A DNA stretch of 64,000 nt, taken from contig BDGG01000002.1 in the NCBI GenBank assembly GCA_001949185.1, positions 8,913,990-8,977,989 on the forward strand. The letters are read 5' to 3'. Positions 53,165 to 64,000 of the stretch are shown piece after piece. The translations under genes and the position numbers were made by a program. This DNA is from Ramazzottius varieornatus. Lineage: Eukaryota; Animalia; Tardigrada. The notes beneath the pieces were generated by a model, which worked only from the letters and a program-made list of their open reading frames with translations, did no database searches and was not told the DNA's origin. The number at the start of each line of letters is the position of its first letter. The first letter of the stretch is position 1.

Positions 53165-55374
53165 GACTGTGAAGACCACGGTAACGAGCGTGGTAATGTC
53201 TTTTTCGTCATCCTCAAGATAAACTACTGGCTCCCACGAAATGGACGACGCCCAGCCCGGCTGTAAAGACTCGCCGGTTGAGTTCCCTCCTAGCTCGTAC
53301 TGCATCTACCAACATGGTCGCCTAAAAAATGGTATTCACAGATTTTCCCTTCTATGCTTTTCAGTATCCTCTCATGATTTTACAAATTTATTGTTTTTAT
53401 CATTGAATTTCCACATACCAAAGGTCAGTAATTAAATTATCGAAATTTTCCGACAAACGGATCATGGGTAAACTAATTTTTAACAAGCTGATGACAAATG
53501 AAATAAAACTGGAAGTAGACACGTATTAGAACTGAAGAACTTCCAACTCTTCTTAGTTGTACATCCAACACACCTTTGTGTTTCCCGTAGGTATCATCCC
53601 CGCCAATTGTCCCATCGGTTTCAACTGGTCGTGGTTGGCACTGGACGAGATCAACGGAGGTAACGTCTCTCACGGCGGCGCCGTTCCTCTGGGCGAATTT
53701 TTCTAGTTCGCTACGGTGCCTTACTTCTGCTGCCGTAAAGATGGCGACCCTGAAGCCCAGATTTCCCTGCCGAACAAGCACGCCTTCGTCCTGTTCCCCA
53801 CGTCCGTCAAAAAGACCTGTCAAAAAATGGCCGGCATGACTGAGCAAAAAGCTGAGATCTCTTATGACAGCAGTAACGTTAGCGACAACGGAGCTCCATC
53901 GGCTCCTGACTACCCACCACCCGAGTACTACATCGATGTTCCCAAGGGCTTCTTCGGCAAAGGCATGCGTATCGCAGTGAGTAAGACCCAATAACAACTG
54001 GGCATTTGGCAAAAAAACTCGAGACGACCGTTTTTCAAGAGCTTTCGGTCAGTAACGCGCCACTTGGGGAAGTAATCTTACCGAGCTCGCATTTTGGTAT
54101 CTCGTCCATATTGTAAAATGTAAATACTATCACCAGAAACTCTTCATGCATGCTCTAGATCTGCCATTACAATCCCGACTTCCCAGGTGGCAAGAATTCT
54201 CGAAGCGTCGGTCACACGTTGAACCATCCGGCTCCTCTACCCGTCAAAGCGTCCGCGCCTCCTACTTGCTGGCCTCACGACAACTTTGTCTTGTACAAGC
54301 CAAAGTCCGGCTGTCCCGATGGCTGGTCGGAAGGCTCGGTTCATCACACCCTTCTGCCTAACTCGAGGATCGCTCCCAGTCTGGACTCCGCTTTGGTCGA
54401 AGATGGCGTCATCTCCAACTACTGTGCTCACGAAGGTACCAATGCTGATCGGCACTGCTCGGAGAGCAATACCACCAAATGGGCAAGGGTTCCTACTGCA
54501 TTGCCGAAGGAACCATCAAAGAAGGTGGCATCATCGACAAGTCCTGTCCGGAGGGCTTTGAGTACAACTGGTTCATTATCGAAGACATCGCCACCAACAA
54601 CAGGAACGAAATGAACGAATAAGTCCCTGAGGGTGAGTATTGCGGCCGATTACTGTAGGTGTACATCATTTGCACGAAACCTGGGCAAACATTGAAGCCC
54701 GACAGAATTGTTTTTTTCAAGTGGCGCACAGTTCCGGCCGATAAGGCATCAAACCGCGCGCCACGCGAGGAAACAAACAGACACGGCAAGAAGACAATTC
54801 CTAAGCAGCGCACGTTCACAGCCAATGGCACCGTAGAGGTGTGCCATTAGGGGAAAGAATCTCCCCAAGTCAATTTGTTATACCCCACGGTACTCGCTTT
54901 GTTGTACATAGGCGAGTACTACGATTACTGCACCGTGTACTACTTCTGCTGTCGCGATGAGGGTGAGGTCGACGAGCCCATTCAGTTACCCACCACCCCT
55001 TCGTCCTGTTGCCCAACAATGACGACCGAAAGTGTCAAGCTGTGGTCGGTATGTCGTCGACCTACGAGACCATGTTCTACGACTCGGAGGACGCTGATTC
55101 GGACTTTGTCCCCAGACCACCCAACGCCACCTACATCGACTACGTCATCGACCGACCAAAGGGAGCATGGGGTGCCGAAGCCAACGTTCGTATCTGCCAT
55201 TACACCGCCGATTTCCCGGCTCGAAGTGCTATGATGGACGGTGGACGCGGAAGCATGAATGGCGGAGGCAGACATATGAACGGCAACAACAACGGTATAC
55301 GCGGCGGTAACAACAACATGCCGAACCGCAACCAGGGTGGTAACATGAGCAGCATGACTAGTTTAACCCCATAA
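53165..55374 (+). pseudogene. Apextrin C-terminal (ApeC) double-domain protein pseudogene, 5' truncated
   Basis: ApeC-type motifs occur twice: FPPSSYCIYQHG, CPIGFNW..LDE, YFCCRKDGDPEAQISLPNKHAFVLFP, CQKMAGM, ICHY; then WPHDNFVLYKPKSGCPDGWSEG, GSYCI, CPEGF, YFCCRDEG...PIQLP, CQAVVGM, RICHY. Frameshifts near 53705, 54482 and 55000 and an in-frame stop near 54620. Confidence 0.75.
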
Positions 55375-56320
55375 CCAATAACCGGCAGTTCGCCTAAACT
55401 CATACCCCATTTTCTGTTTCACTTTAACTCTCACTTACTGCTCTACGACTAGCAAAGTACTCTACATGTGTATTAAAAATTTTGTCGAAGTGTCGTACTC
55501 GTACCCCAGAAGGAGTAGGTGGAAATCAAGAAGTTTTCGCAAAACCAACATGCAGTTTACTTTAGGCTGGTTTGCTCGCGTGCGAAACGTTTCAAAACAA
55601 TATGGCTGATGATATTCTGTTGGAAAAACCTTCTAAGTATAGTATCAGGTGCGGAAGTATGACTTGTTACTCCTTGAAAAACCCTAACTTCAAAAATTCA
55701 TAGTTACGCTCCCCCTTGTCTTTTTGTCCTGCGCCTTTTTTCCAGTCACTCTGTCAACTCCTAGCTATCGTTTGGCGTTCCATTACCCAAGTTTTTCAGC
55801 TTCGGGGTGGGGCAGGAATGGTTTTTTCGGAATCATGGATAGCCAAAATTTTAAGTGAGTCATCTGTTCGAATTTTCTCAAGGCTTCAACGCACCCACAC
55901 AGGCGCGAAGATATGCTTTGTTTCTCTTGTTGAAGAAGCTATTAGTTAAACTGTTGGAGGTTGGGTAATTCTGCTCAGCTCTGGAGATTTCTAGGTCAGA
56001 AGTCACCCTTACGGAAGACCGAAACTGCCGTTGGACAATGACATGCTCGGGGAGTCCGTTGAACCCGATTCTCCCCCGAACTCTGGTAAAATCCTTACGA
56101 GACTTTAAGGTGCCTAACTATATCTTTGCTGGACGTCCGGACAAAACGGGAAGACAAAAAAGTCATGGAATCGGATTCCCCGTTCACCATGCGCACCTTA
56201 CGATGAACGCATAATTCCACTTTCCGTAGCCTCAAGTTCCTGAATGACAGCGAACCGATCCCCAGGTCACATTGTTACCAGTGACAAAGAATGGACTTTG
56301 TAAGACATCCTGGAACAAAA

Positions 56321-59300
56321 ATATGTACATATACACACATACTATTCAGTTTCCAAAAGGAAGAAAGACAGATCTAAACAAGGAAAAACACGTCAAAAGC
56401 TTACGGTATAGATTTTTCCTTTGTAACATCCAAAACAAAAAACGCCTCATCCAGACCTTTCTGATCTTTAACAGTTGAAATAACAGAAAAACAATTACCA
56501 CGCTGAATGTCAATAGACATGCGCTGCTTAAAAAATTGTAAAGAACGATCCTCTCCAGTTATCTCAAGCATCTTTTTACCAACTGTCTCAAAAAGTTCCG
56601 TTGCTGAAGGTCCCCACGGTCCAAAGGTCTCCAGTACGACTGGATAGAAGGAGAACTGCTGGCCGTTGTCAACATACTTTGCCTTCTTCCTCTTTTCAGC
56701 TTCTTCCGCAGCCGATCTTGCTCTCCTCGACGAATCGACAACGTTCATCTGAGCCAACGTGTCGACAACTGTCACGTCCCACACTAGCTCCTTTCCATTC
56801 TTCCATGGGACTTGTGACATTCCGTCAGGCCGTCGCTTGTCCGCACGGAAAATTCCCGGTGGTTCCAGGATGGCAGGCACCTGAGCGGCGGCTAAAGCTC
56901 GGCGAAGGGACTCGTTCAGTGCATTGTGGCGACTGTGGCGTCCGCCGCTGTTCTTGCAGCTCAGGCCGTGCTGTCCGAGCTCGTCCACCATCTTTCCGCA
57001 CCGACACACGTGAGGTCCGGATAGTTTTGCGCCTAGACGCAAACCGAGGCTTACTCTTAGCGTGTTGTCGTCCAGAAGGTTTCCGAGTGAGGAAGCCGGA
57101 AGTGCGTGGAGCCATGATCCCGAGTTTTTGTCTGAAACAGCTAAAAGACGGGCTTTAGTGTTGAGTGAAGCAGCACTTACAATTGCGTCATGGCTGTTCT
57201 TTAGAAGAGGAAGGTCCCAGGCTCGCTGCTGATGACGCAGCTCGGGAAGTGGAGGATCAGCCGTCGTCAGGAAGGTCCACTTGGTCGAGGCGAGATCAGT
57301 TTCGCTGTCCAAATCGGCACCAGGAAGGATGCTGGGCACCAGTTGTTGAACGGAGTGGATCGAAGCCAAAAAGGCTGGGTGTGCGACCTCTTCCGTACGA
57401 CGGATGCCCAGTCCATCTAAACCGACTGGAAGCGTTGCTTGACGCCATGGCTCGGAAGACATCTGGACGTTGGTGGTTTCCGCTAGACTCGAGCGTACCA
57501 CCTCGTCGAACTCCTTCAGCACTTCTAGGAATTTCCACACCGGGGAGCACCGCAGAATGTACAGGAGGTTAGGCAGGCAGAGGCAATTCTTAAGAAGAAA
57601 GAGAGCTTGATGGGCGTGCATGAGGCAAAGTCTTTTGCTGACAACTTTCATCGGACCTGTCTTCGCTCGGAGAGCTTCTTCCAAGCCCTCTTCCATCAAG
57701 GGGGCTCCCAGCAGGTACAGCTCACTCCTGGAAGGGAGTAGAATGCCGGGGCAAACAACGTTCACTTTCTGCTCGATGGCCACCCGATCCTGGTGCGAAC
57801 CGCCAAAGACGAACAGCTCGCACTTGGAAGTATTTAGTTCCAAGCCCAGCTCCAGTCCTTCCGTCATAACAGTCTGTAAATCTGAAACAACACAATCAAC
57901 ATCCCCTCCAATGGTACCATCGTCGAGGTACCAGACATTCAAAGGCGAAGTAAGGCCCTTAGTCAGACTCTCGATCACCAGACAAAACAACAAGGGACCT
58001 AGGGGATCCCCTGCTGTACACCACTTGCTGATTCTAAGACATGCTCGTCATACACCAACTTTGACGGTCGCCTTTAAGACTGCCAAACGAAGGGTAGATA
58101 CATTGGCATGGTGTCATGGACGATTCAGATAAGCACATCCCGACGAATGGTGTTAAAGGCGTTCTTGAAGTCGAGCTCGAGCAAAACTTGGCTTGCGGTT
58201 TTTCCTTCTTCCAGGAAACTTCGCACAGCATGACTGCTGCTTCTGCTCCGCCTCTCATACCGCATCCCACCTGCTCCGGTCTCACTCTTTGCTGCATTTC
58301 GCTCCCAATTCTTTTCCCAATGGTCTTTCCCGCAAGGCGCCGTAGTGTCTTACCCATGGCAATGGGACGAAAAACACCATCTTTATTCTTCAGAGCTGTC
58401 AGAAGCGCCATACAGTACCTCACATACATTGTCCGGTACTTTACCATGCAACATCTGAGTCATGAGCTTCGCCAGTGCTTCCGACAAGGCCACTGTTGCT
58501 CCATTCGAAGCGCCTGTCAACATATCCTTGATGTGCTGAGGTCGTAAGCCATCGAGACCACCAGCTGTGCCATTCGGAAAACTCCCAACTGCCGCTACCA
58601 CTTCCTCTACCGTTACCTCGGGTGGAGGCGCTGAATCGTCAGGTCTCTCCTTGAAGACTGCATCTGGACTCTCAGGAGAATGCTCGGCTCCTAAGACGTC
58701 AAGAACTTCGGTTGAGGGGACCGCTACCGAATCTTCGGACGATAAGACCCGGAGCGCTCCGCTTATGTCACCGTCGTTGATCTTGCCTTCCACGATTTTC
58801 TTCGCCGAGGCTTCCGCTGTCTGCTTCTTGCTTTTCTTCTCTCCCTTGGAGACTGCTTCATCTTCTCTCCCTTGGAGACTGCTTCATCTTCTCTCCCTTG
58901 GAGATGTCGAGCTGTTGTCTCGAGAGGTTGTTCTTGACGGTGGTGGTAAGGTTAGGCTTCTTGTTATTCTTCCCTTCCGGTTGCTTTAGACTTGCGAAAC
59001 TGAACAGGAGTAATTTACGCCAAGACGAATCTGACTTCTGCTGCAGGACATCTTCCAGTTTGTCGGTAAAGCTGGTAGCTGCTGTCATGCGAGCACCCTT
59101 TGGAATCCTCCTGATGATCCTTGTCGTCGCCCTGAGTTTCTGCAGCAAAGAAAGGATAGGCTCGGAGTCGATCAGCTGATCAGTGGTCGTGGTTGCGTGC
59201 GATGCCTGACTTGAGGAAGAAAGACCATCTCTTCTGTTCTTTTCCTGCTGAGCTAAACATGGCCGTTGGTCAACATGTCTGCTCATTCCTTTGACTGTGA

Positions 59301-59366
59301 ACAGACCACCACATTTTCCGCAGGGTATCTTGGGATCGGGCGTAGCCATGAGGCTAGATGCATATT
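56321..59366 (-). mobile_element. CRE-like non-LTR retrotransposon (N-terminal zinc finger, RT, CCHC, restriction-like endonuclease), frameshifted
   Basis: ORF pieces 58858-59349, 58383-58793, 58034-58447, 56401-57993. Motifs CGKCGG..RH, AGGLDGLRPQH, FRPIAMGKTLRRL, KLDFKNAFN, QQG/DPLGPLLF (frameshift), WYLDDG, CRCG..HGLSC, RPDG...WDVTVVD. Element ends approximate. Confidence 0.9.
58836..58904. repeat. 26-bp tandem repeat (~2.6 copies) inside the retrotransposon ORF
   Basis: CTTCTCTCCCTTGGAGACTGCTTCAT twice plus a 17-nt partial copy; coincides with an ORF break. Confidence 0.92.
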
Positions 59367-60130
59367 CTGCAACAAAACCTCAAACCAAAATTCTGCTCTC
59401 TAACAATCTTCACGGAGTCGCGCTGCAAGATGAAAATTGGAATGTCTCGAAACAGCGGAAGTGCCGCAGAAAATCTCGAGTCGTGAGCGGCACCAAAGGC
59501 AAACTACGATTACTGTCTGGTTACTATCTTATAGTCCAGAGCGCCGTAAATCGTTCCGCCCAGTATAGCGATGGCTGTGGACTAGACCTCTTTGGAAGGA
59601 GTAAGAATGATAAAAAAACTTGTTCACTGAACGAAGTTATTCAGTTAACTCAAAGCACTACTGTTGCAAGTCAGCTCCAGAGTGCACACTGACCAAAACG
59701 GTTCCGCAGAACTGCAGGAGGTGAAACTGGAAACTCTCCTTCAGACACCAAGAAGTCGGGATCCGATCCTAACGGACCATCACCATATCGCAAAATTAGA
59801 GCACCTCCAGTGCGAAAGAAAAGTTTTCTCCAGAGAGGGTGCAAAAAATGGCTGCGGATAGTTTCTTTCATCTTCCGCCATACTACTACAGTAAAGGCAC
59901 GAACACGATGCTAAAAAACTGCCTGAAGTATTTTGCTAGTACGGGGTGGATAACCTGATCAAAATTTTTGAAAATTTTCGTCGGAGGAGTAACAAGTCGT
60001 ACTTCCGCAGCTGACAGAAAAATACTGTTTACGAGTTCGTGCACATGGTTAGATCTGTCAGCGACAGTATTGCTGCTAGCTCAGGGGTAAGTGACATTTT
60101 CCACGTATTCTCTGAATTTCTTTTATCGTA

Positions 60131-60283
60131 CTGTGGTGCTACCAAATTATCGCGCACCCAACCAGGTGATGATTCATTGTTGCCCAGTGCGATCAGATGA
60201 TTCAGTGTCGTCTCTGTGACTTTCACCCGGGCATCATTTACTGATCACGTGGTTGAGTGCGCGATAATTTGGTAGCACTACAG
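60131..60283. mobile_element. 153-bp Tc1/mariner-type MITE
   Basis: 40-bp inverted arms CTGTGGTGCTACCAAATTATCGCGCACCCAACCAGGTGAT / ATCACGTGGTTGAGTGCGCGATAATTTGGTAGCACTACAG (3 mismatches), TA on both sides. Confidence 0.85.
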
Positions 60284-60515
60284 TAGCTTTCTTTTTCCGC
60301 CAAGTTTCAGTGTTCACTTCGAAGCACATATTATATGGAATAAAACATTAGACTGGTGGTGACAAAATCTTCTGCGCACCACTTTGGATAAGTATCACTT
60401 ATTCCGAGAAAAAGAGGAAATCTTTGGTACAAAGAAAAGCAATAAAACCAGGGGAACGTCTCTGTCGCTTTCCAAACAGATGACTAGTTAATTAAAGGCA
60501 AAAACTCTATTCTGG

Positions 60516-63500
60516 TTAATAGCCACGAGGTGAGCCGTTGGCGGAAGTCGAACGGCGATTGGTACTATACAGATGTACATTACCCAGGCCGTCGCTCAGC
60601 TCGTTGTCCAGCGTTCCTTCTTCGCGTTTGAAGAGAGTGGCTACCGGAGGGCCGAGGAAGCTCTGGTTGAAAGTCTTGGTGGGCGACGGCGTTGGCACCG
60701 TCCGTCTTCCTGGGGTGAAGGCCAGCGGCGAAGACCGTTGACTGACGTTAGGCGGTGGGTGGCCGGCGATGGCGTAATACCGACGGTACTGCGCAGCGGC
60801 TGTATCTTCTTGCCAGAAACGGTACAGCAGGCCCACTACGGCCATCAGCAGGCCAATGATGACACCTGAGACGGCATAGCGCCACCAGACGTCGTCCAGC
60901 GAAAAGCTCCGACCTTCTGCTGAACGTTGACCACCACCAGCCATGTGCGCCACTTTGACGGGTATGGTCATCTCTTGCTTAGTCCAAGGGCTACTAATGT
61001 TGACGAAGAAAGGAGACGGGAGAGAGGAAGGACTAGCCTGGGGCCGCAATGTCAGGGGATAGCGCCATCGATGAGGACCATCTTCCGCCACCTTGTAGGC
61101 TGTGCCAATCTGCAGCCAGTCGGGATGGGAAGACTGCAGCTGAAGTTGAGCCTTGACAACCGGCGTCGCTGTAATAATCAGCAAGCCTTCCCTATGCTTG
61201 ACACGAACTTCGCCAGCATCGACATGAGCCGCCGGATGAAAGTCCACTTGAAGAACCTCCACATCTGTTAAAGATATTGATACACATTGTGTTGGATCTA
61301 GTGAGATTATAATAAACTTCTCGAAACATTGACAGTAGAGCTGCTCGGAAATTGAAGCAGGTCAGCAGGGCCGAGCAGTGCCGTGCAGGGCACCAACCTG
61401 TTCGAGATTTCTGTGATTTCGTTGGAGAAGCCCACAGGCGAAAGACAATCAGCTAAAAAACTGTGCAGCTCTGATTGACAGTGCTGTGCTATGCCAACGT
61501 GACTTGCAGAAAAGGAGGCTAGACAAGATATACCTGAAGTTGGCACGGTGGTGGAAGGTCGAAGTGAGAGGAGAACATGAGCTTCAAAGGGACTGAGGGC
61601 TCGTTGCATCTCTTCACTGAGCTGCCTAGTCTGCAGTGTACAGCCAAAGTGTCCATCTTCCAAGACTTGGGCCTTGACATCAAAGACTTGACTGGCTAAA
61701 AGGCCCGTCGGGTGCATCTGGTCAAAGTCGACGACACAGCCAAAGAGCTCCTTCTCCACATTCCACAGTCTGCGCATCTGGGCCACCACATCCCTCATCT
61801 CCACTTCATCACAGTGACTTCTATGTCCTTCAGCAGCATCACCTAGAGTGAGGGGAATGTTGAGGGGCGACGGTGAGGGATTGCTGCTAAGGTGCAGCTG
61901 GCCGGGCAAGCGGCTGTGGTCAAAGCGCACGTGTTGGACAGGCTGGATGGTCAAGTGGCTCTTGACGACTTGTTGAGGCGACAGGCTGTAGTGGATAGTG
62001 GCCGTCCCGGGGTTGAGAGCCACAGCCAGACCGTCCAGGCTGGACATGTAGAGAAGACTGGGTGTGCTGCTGGACCAGCGCCCTCCATGGCCATCTTGCC
62101 TCTGCACCAGACACTGGTAACACACTACATCGCCCACCTGCAACCATCAACCATTTATCCACCATATACGCCTTCTTTGCCATGGCAAATGCACATCGGC
62201 GCCATGATCAAACTGTGTCATGTTTATAGTGTGCGAAAAATGACAAATAGTGTAATGTGCTGGTACCGTGGCCATGGTGTCGGCTGCAGGAAAGATACTA
62301 CTGACACCGACCAGGCTGATAAAGTCAAAGATGCCTTCTCGTTCGCTGTCCGACACCTGCAGCAAGAAAAGGTCGGCTGGCGGATCAGAACCTTGATATA
62401 ATCGACATCTAATGTCCCCAATAGGAAGCCACTTACTTTGATGATGGTTCGTCCCTCTTTCAGCGGTTTGACAAGCAGTGTCATATTATCTTTGGGATCC
62501 CAGGATGTTTCCACCAGGCCGTTTCTACAGACAGACAAAAGGCAATGTGCACAGCAGAAGAGAAAGATGAGCGAATGAAAAGGCCATGGTGCTGACCGAT
62601 GCTGGACCAGCTTGAGTGTAGTCCTGCTGGCGTAAAAGATGCGTCCCAGCTCATCATGCAGACGGCACTGCAACGACAAGGCCAGTCCAAGGGGAAAGCT
62701 TGTCACGCTCATATCCCCGCCTGATGAGCTGTATGTCAGATCGGAGGCGGCGTTGATCGTCAAGAAGAATGCCTCCTTAACCTGCAACGATCCCTAGTAT
62801 TAGTACCAGAAGTAAGAAGGAGAGATTTAATGGATAAATTGGAGAAGGGTCTGGTACCTCAATCTGAGTGGCCACTGTTCGCAGTAGACCCGCTTCCTCG
62901 GCTGTCGCTTCCACCAATGCTCTGCCCGTTCTGCATCCACTGGTCATGAGACCACGACGATCGACCTGCAGGATATCTTCTCCTTCCACCAGCCGGTAAG
63001 TCATGGTGGCTTGTCCATCCCGCGTCGTCTTTAGAAGGGCCACCGTGTTGGGCGTCATCAAGAGCGACCTGTCGTTGCATCCGCCCATCCCCATCACCCT
63101 CAAGGCCTCCACCACCTTGACTCGTAAGGTGGCAGCCATCTTGTACCCCTTCAAGTTGACTGTCACCACTCCGGCGTTCTTGCCCACCAACCTGTTGATA
63201 ACCAGCAGCGATATTAGATGGAAATCCTCAATTTCTATCATGTCCCCTACTGGACAACTAGACAGCCTTGGCTAGTAGGACGAACCTGGCGCCAAAAGCT
63301 TGGGCAGTGAGGAGGGCCACGTCGGCATTATCCAGTGACCAGGCAAACCGCATCGGTGGCCTGACGGAGCCGAAAGCGAATGGCGTCTGGGCGGAGGGTG
63401 TCAAGCCCATAGCCAGCAGTGGCACCTCTTGGCCCACTTCGATGAGAGCTGTCGGTGCGTGAATGGTCACGCCTTTCAGCTCGACGACGTGGACGGTGAC

Positions 63501-64000
63501 TTGGTCTTGGGAAAGGACCACTTCCTGTTGTGTTACGGGGTCGACGTCTAACACGTGGGCAGTGACGACGCTAGTACCCACTTTGCGGCCTTCTAGCAAG
63601 CCACTGTGCACGTCCACCGAGGAGACATCACGTTTGTCGCTGACAAAGCCAAGGGGAGTGAGGGGCTGCGGCCCTCCGCTGCTGGCCAACTGGAAGTGGG
63701 CCGTCGGTAGGAGCGTGACATTCCGTGGTTCTAGACGTAGTGGAGCAAAGACCTACACGATAAACTGCCCCTATACGTATCGCCCTCCTACATTAATGCG
63801 CACGAACATGTGTGACACCGTACCTGAATATCGACCGCGTTACTGTTGACTTCCGTCGTATTGCCTCGATGAGCCTTGAAACCTAGTCTGCTCCGTCCCA
63901 CTGTGCTACCCGACAAGACATACATCTTTTGCCGGTCACTGCCTTGTTTCTCCTCTTCCTTCAGCACCAGACTCTGGCCAGCCAGCAACGGTTCAAGCCC
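60516..64000 (-). CDS. NUP210: Nuclear pore membrane glycoprotein gp210, 3' part (continues beyond window)
   Basis: Ig-like repeats with GGPQP, QTPFAFGS..PPMRFAWS, L.C.LHDELGRIF, VGDVVCY..., then a single C-terminal TM (YAVSGVIIGLLMAVVGLLY) and an S/T-P-rich tail. Stop at 60516. Confidence 0.85.

Larger units (their letters stand above)
55645..60014 (+). mobile_element. Decayed mariner transposon split by a retrotransposon insertion
   Basis: 30-bp TIRs 55645-55674 and 59985-60014 (28/30 identical), TA on the left. + strand remnants SGDF*VRSHPYGRP..DNDML..VEPD and HIVTSDKEWTL before the insert; RVHT...LQEVKLETLLQTPRSRDPILTDHH after it (compare HPPYSPDLAPSDYH). Confidence 0.85.

Noticed and set aside
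60166-60244. C/D-box-like pair GTGATGA...CTGA
   Set aside because: Both boxes lie at the inner edges of the MITE inverted arms, and only an 8-nt rRNA-like complement is visible.
5744-64000. Many 100-200 aa antisense ORFs overlapping VPS13, XRN2, ATP11 and NUP210
   Set aside because: Expected shadow ORFs opposite GC-rich coding exons; no independent motifs.

Overview
Eukaryotic (animal) genomic DNA of about 50% GC, with compact genes broken by many short (about 50-90 nt) GT-AG introns. The compactness, an intron-containing clade-II (HPII-type) catalase and an ApeC-domain gene together suggest a tardigrade such as Ramazzottius; this is an inference. Gene order: 3' part of a type-1 tyramine-receptor-like GPCR (+), VPS13A/C-type (-), a candidate micro-exon orphan gene (-), parvulin PIN4 (+), CNOT4 (-), P4-ATPase ATP11 (+), ARID3/dead ringer (-), XRN2 (-), a ~10 kb accessory island, then the 3' part of NUP210 (-). 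The island (about 50.5-60.3 kb) holds an internally deleted catalase pseudogene, a TIR element with a nested hAT MITE, a frameshifted double-ApeC pseudogene, a decayed mariner split by a CRE-like RLE non-LTR retrotransposon, and a Tc1-like MITE. Further MITEs with visible TIRs and TSDs lie upstream of VPS13 and in ATP11 and ARID3 introns. I saw no CRISPR, rRNA or tRNA. I cannot demonstrate a wholly new system. The best leads are the catalase/ApeC/transposon island, the micro-exon orphan gene, the duplicated introns around the 8-nt PIN4 micro-exon, and recurrent intronic hairpins. Exon boundaries were assembled by eye.
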